Notes under the pieces: generated by a model
Told to the model about the DNA's origin: nothing
Databases searched by the model: none
The model's input: the letters and a program-made list of their open reading frames with translations, nothing else
NCBI RefSeq assembly: GCF_004010195.1
Contig: NC_057754.1
Location: forward strand, 6,184,583 to 6,248,582
Direction: 5' to 3'
Source: Chiloscyllium plagiosum
Lineage: Eukaryota
Length of the DNA: 64,000 nucleotides
Translations under genes and position numbers: made by a program
Part shown: piece by piece, positions 12,641 through 25,379 of the stretch
Layout of the letters: each line of letters begins with the position of its first letter
Numbering within the stretch: position 1 is the stretch's first letter

Positions 12641-14468
12641 TCCAAAAGCACTACTCCTACATTAGTGACATCACCCAACTCCACCCTAGTCTCAGCTCAT
12701 TGACTGAAATACTCGTCCATGCCTGTGTTATCTCCAGACTTCATTATCCAAACNNNNNNNNNNNNNNNNNNNNNNNNNNNNNNNNNNNNNNNNNNNNNNN
12801 NNNNNNNNNNNNNNNNNNNNNNNNNNNNNNNNNNNNNNNNNNNNNNNNNNNNNNNNNNNNNNNNNNNNNNNNNNNNNNNNNNNNNNNNNNNNNNNNNNNN
12901 NNNNNNNNNNNNNNNNNNNNNNNNNNNNNNNNNNNNNNNNNNNNNNNNNNNNNNNNNNNNNNNNNNNNNNNNNNNNNNNNNNNNNNNNNNNNNNNNNNNN
13001 NNNNNNNNNNNNNNNNNNNNNNNNNNNNNNNNNNNNNNNNNNNNNNNNNNNNNNNNNNNNNGTCAAATATTAGTTTGTAGCAGAATGGGAGAGAAGGACA
13101 TAACCAGAAAAGACAGACAGATAGAACAAGGAACAATATCTGTGAATTGGGGAGGGGGAATGATGAGGAGGAGGAGCAGCCCAACTCCAAAAGCACTACT
13201 CCTATATTAGTGACATCAGCCAACTCCACCCTGGTCTCAGCTCATTGACTGAAATACTCGTCCATCCCTGTGTTATCTCCAGACTTCATCACCCAAACAC
13301 ACTCCTGGCCAGCCTCCCACATTCAACTTGCATGTAATCTCAAGAGTATCTAAAACCCTACTGCCCAAGTGCTCAATTGTAACAAAACTTGTTGATTCAT
13401 CAAAAGGCTCCTATTAACAAGCAACAATTTAAAATTCTCACCCTTGACGTAATTCCTGGCTGTGAACATCCCTGTCTCCCTACACCACACAACCTATGAG
13501 ACCCCGACAACTCATTTTCTTTCAGACCCCCAACGATGAGTTTATTCATTGCTTCACCTGTCTAGCTGTTTCTACTGTTGCCAAGGCAACACGGTCTGGA
13601 ATTCCCACCCTAACGTCGTCAGACCTGCTTTCCTCCTTTAAGGTATTCCTGGAAATTCTTTTGATCACCTGACCTAATATCCCCATCTGTGGCCTTATGT
13701 CAGAATTTCTCAATAGTATTTCTGTCGAATTATAAACATGATAAAAAAAACTGTTGTTGATTTGCACATACATTGTCAACTCTTCAATGTTAATGAGTGA
13801 ATAATCTCTAACAGCTCTTACCCAACCACATTGTGGGAGCACCTTCACCACACGAACTGCAGCTGTACAAGGAATTCAAACATCACCATTTTTTTTAGAT
13901 TACATTACATTACATTACAGTGTGGAAACAGGCCCTTCGGACCAACAAGTCCACACCGACCCGCCGAAGCGCAACCCAACCATACCTCAACAACCTACAT
14001 TTACATTTACCCCTTCCCTAACACTTCAGGCAATTTAGTACGGCCAATTCACCTGACCTGCACATCTTTGGACTGTGGGAGGAAACCGGACCACCCGGAG
14101 GAAACCCACGCAGACATGGGGAGAACGTGCAAACTCCACACAGTCAGTCGCTTGAGGCGGGCGACTTCTCCCCAGGCAATGGGGCTTTGGCACTGATCTG
14201 TGGAGGGAGAAACACACAGTTGATATTTCAGGGAGTGCAAAATGCATTATAGGGAGGGAAAATGGTGCAGAATTTGGATTTTGAAATCTGTGTTTTACAA
14301 TGTGCACTAAGTTCTATAAAACCTCTCATCCCATACCATGAAAATTTCCTCCTCTTCCTGGTCAATATGTCTTTCCTTTCCCCTGCCCTTCACCTTCACA
14401 CATTTGCAATGCCTTGGTCACAACAACATTGTGCTGTCAGTGAAGTTTATCATGTGGTTGAGTATTGT

Positions 14469-14578
14469 CCCGCCCCTCATTCACTCCGATTGGTTGAAGG
14501 ACCAACTAGCACCTCTCGCCCCCGTTCCCCCACTCTTATTGGTCTTGCGCTGACATCAATAATCCGAGGCCCATTGTG
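14469..14578. promoter_or_regulatory. GC-box plus double inverted CCAAT module, copy A (copies B 15413-15505, C 22921-23037)
   Basis: CGCCCCTCATTCACTCCGATTGG...ATTGGTC...GCTGACATCAAT...CCCATTGTG skeleton shared by three dispersed copies. Confidence 0.45.
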
Positions 14579-15894
14579 GGCTGGAGCATGCTCAGTGCTT
14601 CCTGCTTTTGCTGTTGTTCATTAGGTATGAGAGAGAGAGGGCTCATCCCTGTTTCTCCTGATGTCAGACAATAACAACAACTACCTGCATTGCATGGAGC
14701 CTTTCACATTGACAAATCTCCTAAAATGCTTCACGAATGATGGAAACGTTGATTAAAGAGAACGATTTTTAGATACATCTTTAAGGCGGACAGAGGAGGT
14801 TCGGGAGGATATTCCAAAGGTTTGTGTCCTCGGCAGCTCCAATCGTGAAGTGATATAGGTGGACAACAGCTTACAATGGAGACATTTAGTGGCTAACCAT
14901 AGGTTAACAACCTCATGTCGTAGCCCCCTACCCCACACACCAGTCCTTGTTCTCACAGCCTGCCATTACACACTACCTATGGTTAGTCACTAACAGTCTC
15001 CATTAACAACTAGTCACCCTCCCCCAGCCAGATCGTTATCCTTTATGCAACTGTTCCTCTCACTCTATCCCCACCTATCCTTTACTCCTTTTATCCTCCC
15101 CCCACCCCACACTATCTTCTGCACATAAACTGACTTTTTTTTTCTGAGTAACATCTGTTCTGTGGAAGGGACACCGGATCTTAAACTTTAACTCTGATTT
15201 CTCTTCACAGATACTGCCAGACCTGCTGAGCTTTTCCAGAACCTCCTGGTTGTTGTTTCTGATTTACAGCATCTGCAGTTCTTTTGGTTCTAATTTACCG
15301 GGAGTTTGTAATTCATGTCCAACCGCCTCTGTCCCAGTCTCTGCTGTCTCTCCCAACCCCAAACAGTGACATTGCACCTGCACAGCTCATGAACAGGTGT
15401 TGTCTTGCTGGCCACACCCCTCATTCAATCCCATTGGCTGCAGGACCACACAGACTCTCCTCCCATTGGTCTGGAGCTGCCGTCAATCAGTCGGGCCCTA
15501 TTGTGATGAGAGTGGAGGGCTAATCTCTCTCTCTGCCCTGAGATGAGCTTCATCATTCACAGTGAATGGGGCAGTATCACAGACCACAGGGCCTGGGGGC
15601 TATTCAGCCCATTGGGGCTGTACTCTCTCTCTCTGGAGATACTGCAAATCTGTCCCAAGTCCCCTTCCATGTGCCCATCGCCCCCCAAATCTTTCCTTAA
15701 AAAGTAAAATTCCAAGTCTGTTTCAGAATCTGTGTTGTTCAGCGTTAACAATTCCTCTCTCTCTCTGCAAATTCAAGACCTTGGAACCAAATCTGCACCA
15801 AATCAAAATCACTGCTTCACCTTCTCAGCTCCAAGGATAATTATCTGTGCTTCAGCTAGCTCTCCACAAAATAGAGGAATGCATCTTAATGTAT

Positions 15895-16510
15895 TAAGAT
15901 CAAAGAAACAGACCTTCGGTCCAATTCGTCCGTGCCAACGAGGAATCCTAAACAAATGGATTCCCATTTACCATCTATTGGCCTGCATCCATCAAAACCC
16001 TTCCAATTCATGCACCCAATTGGAAGCCTTTTAAATGTTGTGATTTTATCAGCCTCCACTACTTCATCTGGTAGCTCCTCCCATACACACACCACACTCA
16101 GCTTGAAAACATTGCCATTGAGATCCCTTTTAAATCTTTGCCCTTTCAACTGAAACCCATGTGCTCTAGTTTTGGATCCACCTAGCCTGAGGAAAAAGGA
16201 CGCCAGCTGCTCAGCTTATCCACGCCCCTCGTGATTTTATAAATCTCCATGAAGTCACCTCTCAGTCTTTGACTCTCCAGAGAAAATAACCACAGCCTAT
16301 TCAGCCTCCCCCTGTAGCCCAAATCCTCCAATCCTAGCAACGTTTTTGTAACTCTTGTCCAAATCTTTTCAAGTTTCACAACATCGTTCCCAGAACAGGG
16401 AAATTCAAACTGAAAACAGAATTCCAGAACTGGCTTAATCAACGTCCTGCCCAGCCACAATATGACATCCCAGCTTCTTTATTCAATGCATTGACCAATA
16501 ACGGAGAGCG
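15895..16510 (-). mobile_element. CR1 LINE 3' fragment (second copy abutting the one above)
   Basis: LFSLESQRLRGDFMEIYKI and WEELPDEVVEA motifs. Confidence 0.8.
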
Positions 16511-18169
16511 TTAATGGAGTCCCATTTGCCAGCAGTTCACCCTTATCCCTCTAAAACCTTCCTCTTCATATACACAATCAAATGCCTTTTAAAAGCTGCA
16601 ATTGTACTAGCCTCCACCCCTTCCTCTGGCAGTTCATTCCATACTTGCAATGCCCTCAACATGAATAAGATGCCACTTAGCTCCCTTTTAAATATTTTCC
16701 CTCTCACCTTAAGCCTGTACCCTTTAGTTCTGGACCCACCGAACGTGGGAAAAAATCCCTGACTGCTCACCTTATCCATGCCCTTCATGATTTTATAAGA
16801 TCACCTCTCAGCCTCCAACTCTCCAGGGAAAATAGTCCCAGCCTATTCAGCCTTTCCCAACAGCTTAAACCGTCCAACCCTGGCAAAATCCTTGCAAATG
16901 TTTTCTGAACCCTTTCAAGTTTCTCAACATTATTCCAAGAACAGGGAGATTGGAACTGAAAACAGAATTCCAGAAGGGGCCTTAATCCGTGCCCTGTCCA
17001 GCCACAATATGACGTTACAGCAGCTGCACTCAATGCATTGACCAATAACGGGGAGTGTACCAAATGCTGCATTCACTCCCCTGCCTACCTGTGACTCTAC
17101 TTTCAAGGAACTATGAACCTGCACTCCAAGGTCTCTTTGTTCAGCAACGTTCCCCAGGTGTATAAGTCCCGCCCTGACTTGCCTTTCCAAAATACAACAG
17201 CTCACATTTATCTAAATTGAACTCCGTCTGCCATTCCTTGCTCCAATGGCCCATCTGATCAAGATCCTGTTTTATTCTGAGCTAAATTTTTTCACTGTCC
17301 ACTACACCTCCAATTTTGGTGTCTTCTATAAACCTACTGACCATAACTCATATATTCACATCCAAGTCATTTATCTAAGGGCCCAATATCCATCCTTGCA
17401 GCACACTGCTGCTCACAGACCTCCAGTCCGCAAAGCAACCTTCCATCATCCTCTGTCTCCTTCCTTCAAGTTTTGTAATGGCTGGCTCTGCCTGCATTCC
17501 ATGTTATCTAACCCTGCTAACCAGTCTGCTTTGTGGAACCTTGTTGAATGTCCATATAAACAACATTCACAGCCTGGCTTAATCAATTTTCTTTGTCACT
17601 TCAAAACACTCACCCAAGTTAGTGAGACATAATTGTGCATGTACAAAGCCACATTGACTCTCCCTGATCATTCCTTACCTTTCCAAATTGATGGATATCC
17701 TGTCCCTCAGAATCCCTTCCAACAACTTGCCTGCCACTGACCTCAGGCTCACTATTCTCTTGTTCCATGGCCTCTCCTTACCACCTTTTTAAAATAATGG
17801 CACCTCACCTGTCGCTATCAACGATACAAATACCTCAGGAGAGGCCCAACAATCACTTCCCTCGATTTCCAGAAAGTTCCAGGGTACACCTGATCAGGTT
17901 CCAGGGCTTTATCCACCTTGATGCGATTTAAGACATTAAGTACAACGTCCTCTGTAACATGGACACTTTTCAAGTTATCACTATTTATTTCTCCAAACTC
18001 TTGAGCTTCCATAGACTTCGCCAGTAATAATGACGTAAAATATTTGCATATCTTTCGCACCTCCTGTGGTTTCATAGACAGCCTTGTTGACCTTTAAGGG
18101 ATCCTATTCTCTGGTGCAGTTAATCTTTTGTCTGTGATATACTTGTTTAATCTCTTTGGATTCTATTTC

Positions 18170-18605
18170 AGGACATCCCAGAAAGGCCTACTTCAAGGAC
18201 CGTAATTTTCCTCTGACTTGATCAACAATGCCCTCCAACACATAGCCTCCACTTCCCGCACCTCCGCCTTTACCCCACCCCTCCAGCCACAATAAAGAAT
18301 ATAACCCTGCGGTCTTCACCTTCCACCCCACGAATCTCCAAATACAGCGCATTCACATCTGTTATTTCTGCTACCTAAAGCCACCACCAGAGACATATTT
18401 CCCTCCGAAACCCTATCTGTGTTCCGCAGAGACCATTCCCTCTGCACCTCCATGTTCGGTTCACACCGTCCCACCAACCCATGCTCCACACCCTTGACCC
18501 TCCCTTGCCGCCACGGGAAATGTAAAACGTGCGGCCACACCTCCCTCTGACCTCTGTCCAAGACCTCAAAAGGATCTTATCGCATCAGGCAGAGATTTGT
18601 CTGCA
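18170..18605 (+). mobile_element. Penelope-like element ORF fragment (region between RT and GIY-YIG)
   Basis: Degenerate VFTFHPTNLQIQRI...TTRDIFP...FRRDHSL...PCRHGKCKTCGHTSL motifs, including the CxxC linker. Related pieces at ~21800-22030, 23500-23940, 32610-32850 and 14780-15150. Confidence 0.65.
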
Positions 18606-18901
18606 CATCCCAAAACCTCATATACTGCATCTGGACACTATGGGAAATTTAACATGGTTCATCCAACTAACCTACACATCTTTGGACTGTGGGAGCAAAC
18701 TGGAACACCCGAAGGAAACCCTCACACACACTGGGGAGAACGTGCCAACTCCAACACAGAGTCGCCAGAGGCTGGAATCAAACCCAGGTCTCTGGTGCTG
18801 AGGAAGCAGCGCTAACCACTAAGCCACAATACTGTGGGATCTTTGGTGCTGATGTGCTGCCCCACTGATACCTCGGTCACTCACCCTGCCTCATTTCCTA
18901 A

Positions 18902-19256
18902 GAGGCAGCGATGACAGAGTGAAATTATCGCTAGACAATTAATCCAGAGACCCAGATAACGTTCTGGGGACCTGGGTTTGAATCCCATCACGGCAGATTT
19001 TGGAACGTGAATTCAATAAATATCTGGAAAAATTAATTTTGTGACGACAATGAATCCATTGTCAATTGTTGGGAAATCCCATCTGGTTCACTCATGATCT
19101 TTAGGAAAGGAAAATCGCATCCTTACCTGGTCTGGTCTGCATGGGACTCCAGACCGATAGCAACGTGGTTGACTCTTAACTGCCCTCTGGGTAAACGCAG
19201 CAATAAATGCTGGCCGAGCTAGTGACAGCCTCATCCTGTGAATGAATAAAGAAAAC
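18902..19256 (+). mobile_element. Second tRNA-derived SINE family (possibly SacSINE1/Deu-type); partial copies ~21400-21680, 25120-25270, 35340-35570, 53790-54130, 54990-55230
   Basis: B box GGTTTGAATCCC, shared core AAAnCCCATCTGGTTCACT...GACTCCAGACC...TGGTTGACTCTTAACTGCCCTC, and an A-rich tail. Confidence 0.6.
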
Positions 19257-22200
19257 AGGTCAGGATTTGTTCCTTCTCTAGTCGGTACATCCTACAAACT
19301 GAATCTGAAATGTTCTCGTACACACTGAACAAATACATTTCCATCCAAGCCCTTAACACTACAGCACTCCGAGGCCATGTTGGTAAAGTTAAAACCCCTT
19401 ATCATTGCATCCATATTATTCTTACAGATAACTGAGGTCTCCTGGTAAAATTGTGTCTCAATTCCCCGCTGACTATTGGGAGAGAGTCGAGAATACAATC
19501 CCAGTAAGATGGTCAACCCTTTCTTATTTCTCAGTACCAACCAAATAAATTGCCTGGATGTACTCCCAGGAACATCCTCGCGAAGCCCAGCCATAATGTT
19601 ATCCCTAATCAAAAACACCTCTCTGTTGGCCCCTTTCTATCCTTGCTATAGCATCTATAAATGGAACATTAAGCTGCTAGTCCGATCCATCCCTGAGTGA
19701 TGCCTCTGTAATTGCTGTAATATCCCAGTGCCATGTTCAAAACCATACCCTGAGCCCACCTTCCTGACCCGTCAGGTCTCTTACACTGAAATAAATGCAG
19801 TGCAACTGGTCCGTCACACCTCATTCTGTGGCTTGCTCTTGCCTGCCTTGACAGTCTGACTGGTGAACACTATCAGCCTCAGGTCCACCTCTTTTCTCAC
19901 TATCTCTTTAGGATTACCCCGACTCCCTCACGGGTTTAATGCCTCCCGAGTGGCACTAGCAAATCTCCCTACTCGTCAGGACCCCATGCTTTCCCCTTCC
20001 TATGCCATTGGTACCAATGTACAATGTCCTCCCACTGGTTATTTTCCCTTTTGAGAAGATTCTTCTCCCTCTGTGAGACATCCTTGACACTGGCACCAGG
20101 GAGACACCACTCCATTCTGATGTCTCACTGTCAGCTGCATAAATGGCAGACTGTGCCCCTGACGAGAGAGTCCCCTATCACCATCGATCGTGTGGAACTG
20201 GATATACCTCACATTATGTTAGAAGCCAGTCTCAGTACCAGTAACTTGGTTGTCAGTGCTACATTCCCCTGAGAGTCTATTACCACCTACATTTTCCAAA
20301 ACAGTATATTTGTCTGAGATGGGGATAGCCGCAGGAGACTCCTGCAGTACCGACCTACCCCTCCTAGCTTTCCTGGAGGTAACCCATCTACCTGACTGTA
20401 CCTGCAGTATCCTGCATTCCTGAGACTGCCACATATCACACCCCCAGGCTCCTGTCAATTCCTCACTGCCTTTAATCACTCCTCCACCAATCCATGCGTT
20501 CCAATAGGATTTGCAATCACACTTGCTGCAGACATAATCATCAGGATCATTGAAACACTCCCTCATCTCCCACATCCGACAGGAACAGCACACCACTCCA
20601 CAACAGGTCATCTCTCCGCCTTAACAATCTACAGACAAAGACAAAGGCAGAGTCTTACTGCTCGAGAATAATTTAATGCTTACGTTTCATATCTTAAACA
20701 TTTAATCAAGAGACCGTAAGACATTAAAAAATAAATCCTCACCTTACTCACTATTGTAGGTTGAATAAAATAAAACCGACTAAGATTGATATTTGAAGAG
20801 ACTGAAACTCACTGAGCTGATCCCCGGCTCGGAGTACTTCCAAGGGTGAGGTCTCTCTGAGGGCAGCTGTGAAATGTCTTTGTTTCTCGTCTCTGCCCAC
20901 TCCATTTCCAGAGAGGTTTTTAATTTTACAGCAAGTCAGCTCAGAGAGGTCGCTGCTTGGTTTTATTCACTGGGGGTTGCCTTTGCTGCCCAGACCAGTA
21001 TTTATTGGCCACCTTTACTTGTCTTGGAGAAAGTGATGGTTAACCGCCTCCCTGAAATGCTGCAGTCCATGAACACCACAATGATGTTTGGACAACAATC
21101 CCCCTCTGGCCATACAACCCTCCCTGTCTCTGTCATCACCCTCCGGCTTCAGAAATTACGTGTCCGTAGCAGAAGACTTTTATTTGGATTTATATTTGTT
21201 TAATAACCCCCAACCCCCCCCCCCCCCCCCCACCCACCCCCCCCACACACACACACACACACAAAAAAGTGAAATATTTCGCCCCCAAACAAATTTCTGT
21301 TGATTGACCTTTTGGAGAGGCTGACTCATGGACGTTGTAGTATTTTATCTAACATTGTACACGTAGAATGATGGAACTTTCTTTTAAACATTGCTAAAAA
21401 GGGAGGCAATTGCCTAATGGTATTCCTGCCAGATGAGTGACATGTGCAATATTCCAAGGATGAGGGTTATAATCCCAACATGGCTGATGGTGGCATCGGA
21501 ATTCAATACAATTCTAGAATGAAAAGGCGAATGATGACCATGAAACTATTGTCGATTGTTAGAAACCCATCTGGTTCACTAATATCCTGTAGGGAAGGAA
21601 ACGGTCATCCTCACATGATCTGGCCAACATGTGACTGCAGACCCTCAGCAATGTGGTTAACTCTCAACTGCCCTCAGGAAAAATACTTTAAAAAATGTTA
21701 ACAAATACTCTGCAGGTATCACTTCAAAACTGGCAGTTCCCATTGGGAGCATGTGAATTTCTGAATGGCCTGGAGTGAAACTGAGTTTCAGCTTCACCTT
21801 CTCCCTGTCTCACATCACTCTGTTTACGCCCAACTCCAAAACACTCTCATTGAGCCAAGCAGCACTCTCAGTGCAGCCCTGTCATTTTCATTGTCTGTTC
21901 ACACCTACACTGCCCTCAGCCTCCTGTACTGTTCCAATGCATCTCAATGGGAGCTCAGGGACAGCACCTCATCTTTCAATTCAGCCCTTTGTAACCCCAG
22001 AGTCAACATGGACCTCAGCAGTTTCTGGATGAACAGTCAGTTGTCAGAATATGGAACATTCCACCTGAAAAGGTATTGGCATTTGAGTCCAAAAGGATTT
22101 CTAATGGGAAGCTTGCAGGTAATTGAAAATATGAAGTTTACAGGTTAACATCATGAAGTGGGTGATTGGGTCTAAATTTGTGAGTTCTTACAAAAAGACG

Positions 22201-22319
22201 AGGTCTAATTTGGATAAATCTGTGCTCCCTCTCAGGGCAATATCTCCTTCCTCAGCTGCAGGGCCCAGAACAGAGCACACACCCAAAGGGTGATCCAACC
22301 ACGAATTTGTACATCTTTC

Positions 22320-22477
22320 TGCTTAACAAAAATATTGGAGATATCTTCCCACAAACAGAACAGACAAACCTTTCTCCTTCCACAGTTAAATGCCAATGAT
22401 ATTCAGATCCCGATGACTCCATTGACTGTAAAAACTTGCTTTTGAGATCCCAGCCTCAATTATTCTGATTTAATATC
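22320..22477 (-). pseudogene. Truncated zinc-finger-gene exon relic
   Basis: Acceptor ...gaattcatttcatAG before 22477. 22374-22345 encodes ERFVCSVCGK. Homologous to 7962-8447. Confidence 0.55.
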
Positions 22478-22619
22478 CTATGAAATGAATTCACAAAACA
22501 AAACTCTCAGTCAGTACAAGAAGAATATAAAGACAAACTTTTTTCTTGGTATGTGCTTGATGTGTAAATGCCTCTCTTCAAGTTGCACGCCTCCCCCCAC
22601 CCATCATAGGAAGGGGACA

Positions 22620-23037
22620 TGTACACGCGCTTCACTGTACCTTATCCCCAATAAAAATGGCGGCCATACCCCAGAACCTTTCACCGCCTGAGGGCCGCAG
22701 CCATTTTCCCATCTGCTGCAAACGCGGGATTAAGAGTTTCTAATTCAGACTTACGAACCGCACAGAGTGTAATTAAAATTTCCCAGTCTCAAGTGACTCA
22801 TCATCTCCCTGTCTCTGAGGCCACTCTCCCCTTCCCTGTTTGCGTCTCCCACATTCACCAACTGCCGAGTCACGTGCCACTGCATCGGCTGAGTTACTGG
22901 TGATGTGTCATCCCACTGGCCACGCCCCTCATTCACTCCCATTGTTTGGATAACCAGCTGGTTCCACTTGGTCCACCAGTCCCACCACCTTTTCCTATTG
23001 GTCCGCAGCTGCCATCAATCAGCTGGTGCCCATTGTG
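22620..23037. promoter_or_regulatory. CpG-enriched promoter-like region
   Basis: YY1-type AAAATGGCGGC 22654-22664 and GCAGCCATTTT 22697-22707; GTCACGTG 22869-22876; GC-box/CCAAT module 22921-23037; minus-strand GTAAGT donor 22754-22749. Confidence 0.5.
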
Positions 23038-25379
23038 AGGTCAGTGATGGGATCCTCCCCCTGTCTGAATCAAACCCAGAAGGTGTATGGATGGTGTCAA
23101 TCAGGAACAACAAGCAGAAGGTGCTGGGAAAGCTCAGCAGGTCTGGCAGCATCTGGGAACAGAAATCTGTCCAGTGGCCATTCCTCAGAACCGATGGGAG
23201 CTGGGAAAATTAGAATCCTGACAGTGTGGAAACAGGCCATTCGGCCCAAACGTTCCCCAGCGTCCCTCCGAAGGGTATCCCACCCAGACCCATTCCCCTA
23301 CCCTATGACTGTATATTTCTCCTGACTAATGCACCTAACCTACACATCCCTGAACATTATGGGAAATTTAGCTTGGCCAATTCAACTAACCTGCAGATCT
23401 TTGTACTGCAGGAGATAGGTGTTAAAGTGTAAATAATAGGCAGGAACAGAACCCAAAGAGAGACCAGAACATTTGGAAAGACAAAGGAGTTGATTACGAT
23501 CTGGCTAAGGGGGTGCATAGCTGTTCATGGAGGGGACAGGAACCTGTGTCTGGCAGCATCTTAGTGGAGGTGGCGGAAATGGCGACTGATGATCTCCGTT
23601 CTGCTGCAAAAACAGACCCCGAGCTTCCAGCTGCCTGCCACTTTAACACACGAGCCTGTTCCCTGGCCAACATCTCTGTCTCATACTTACTGCAGTGTTC
23701 CAGTGACGCCAGAACATACCAAATGGCCAGGTATTTCAAGAACTGCAATTTCCCATCCCATGAGGTCAATACCATCCAATGTATCTCCTCCACTTCCTAC
23801 ACCTCTGCCTTTGAAACCCACACCTACAACTGCACAAGGATAGAACTCCCCCCCCCGCCCCACCAAGTCCTTACCTTCCACCCAGATACAACACATCATC
23901 CTCTGCCATTTACACCATCTACAATCAGACCTCACCACCAGATTCTTAAGGGGTTTGACAGAATAAATACTGATGTGTCGGAGGGTAAATACTGAGAGGG
24001 GAGTCTGAAACCAGATTCTGAGCCATTCACAGAATCAAGGGTTCTGCTTTGGATTCGTGAAGTTTAAGGTAACACCGACACGGGTAAGGGGTTTCAGTAG
24101 CAATGGAGCTGGGGTGAAGAGAAGATAAACAACGGTTTCGAGATTGAAATTCCTGGTGTTTGAGATTGTGTAGATGTCTAATCAGAAGGTCAGCTTCGCG
24201 TCAGATATAACAGCAGTATTATGAAGAGTCCAGTTCTGCTGCATAGTTCCCAGTGAGAGGGAGAGCTCAGCAGTTAGGGAAAGGAATTTGTAAGGCAACG
24301 GGTTTAACCATTACAATGTTTCATTGGATAAAACTGCACTTAATCGAGTAGTGGGAATGTGGTAATCAGTTTGATAACAGAGTAAGAGTAACAGTGGAGT
24401 AATGGAGAGGGATGATGGAGAGGGAGAGCTGGGCATCGTCAGTGTACATGCTAAACCCAACATGGTACTTTTGCACAATGTCACCTCCTGGCAGTATGTA
24501 GGTGAGACACAGGAAGGGCCATGGATAGATCCATGAGGGACACCAAATGCAAGGAATTCAAAAAGGAAAGGGAGAGTGGAGATGGAGTAGGATTTTCCTA
24601 CAACTGTGAGGTCAAATGTCAGTTTTTCACAGAATGGGAGAAAAGGACATAACCAAAAAAGACAGAACAAGGAACAATGTCTGTGAATCGGTGAGGGGGA
24701 CTGATGAGGAGGAGGAGAAAAGAGAGTTGGAAAGTCTATGGTTTAGTGAGCTTAGGGTAAAGGGTCAAGATGAGCTCTGACAAGGCTTACCATGAGATGA
24801 GATTGGAGATGGATGTAGTTTTGGACAAAAACCGGGAACACCACGTGAGGCAGTTTGGCTCAGTGGGCTAGTGGGAGGGTGGGAGGGAGGGAGGGAGGGA
24901 GGGAGGGAGGGAAGCAGCAGATCGGATTATCTCAGTCTTAGTGACAGAGAAACTCCATGTGCTCCAAACTCTTGTTGGTGGAGAGAAGGATGGAGGACAC
25001 AGGATGACGGACAGTGTTTCACAAAGAAACAAAACTTGGGTACGTGATATTTAAAGTGATTGAACAAAACTAATATATTTAAATTTTATCCAACATATTA
25101 AAACAAACGACTGAAGTCCTGGTTCAAATCCCATCTTGGCACCTGGTGGAATCTTAATTCAAGAAAAACTAACTGGAATTAGGAATCTCCTGATCTCCAT
25201 GGAACCATTGCCAATGGCGGAAAATCCCTGTCAACCTGACAGTGGCCCAGCAAGCTACTCACTGTATTAATAACTGCAAAGTCTCAACAAAGGAATAAAC
25301 CTGGATCGACCACTTGGCATCTAAGAAGGCACCAGAAAATACAACCACAGAATGAGCCCTCTCGATGGTGCAATGTCCT

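Larger units (their letters stand above)
16514..20800 (-). mobile_element. Fragmented, near full-span CR1 LINE (ORF1 zinc-finger plus SGNH esterase, ORF2 APE and RT) interrupted by younger insertions
   Basis: ORF1: VVCCSCRMWE...DDYVCSKC (20219-20611 ORF), WCLPGASVKDVS (~20075-20110), YIGTNGIG (~20000-20022). APE remnants 19255-19800 (FIWLVLRNKKG, GFNF). RT and C-terminus 16514-18160 (IKVDKALEPD, EQRDLGVQVH, LERVQK, RLRGDL, WNELPEE). Confidence 0.8.
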
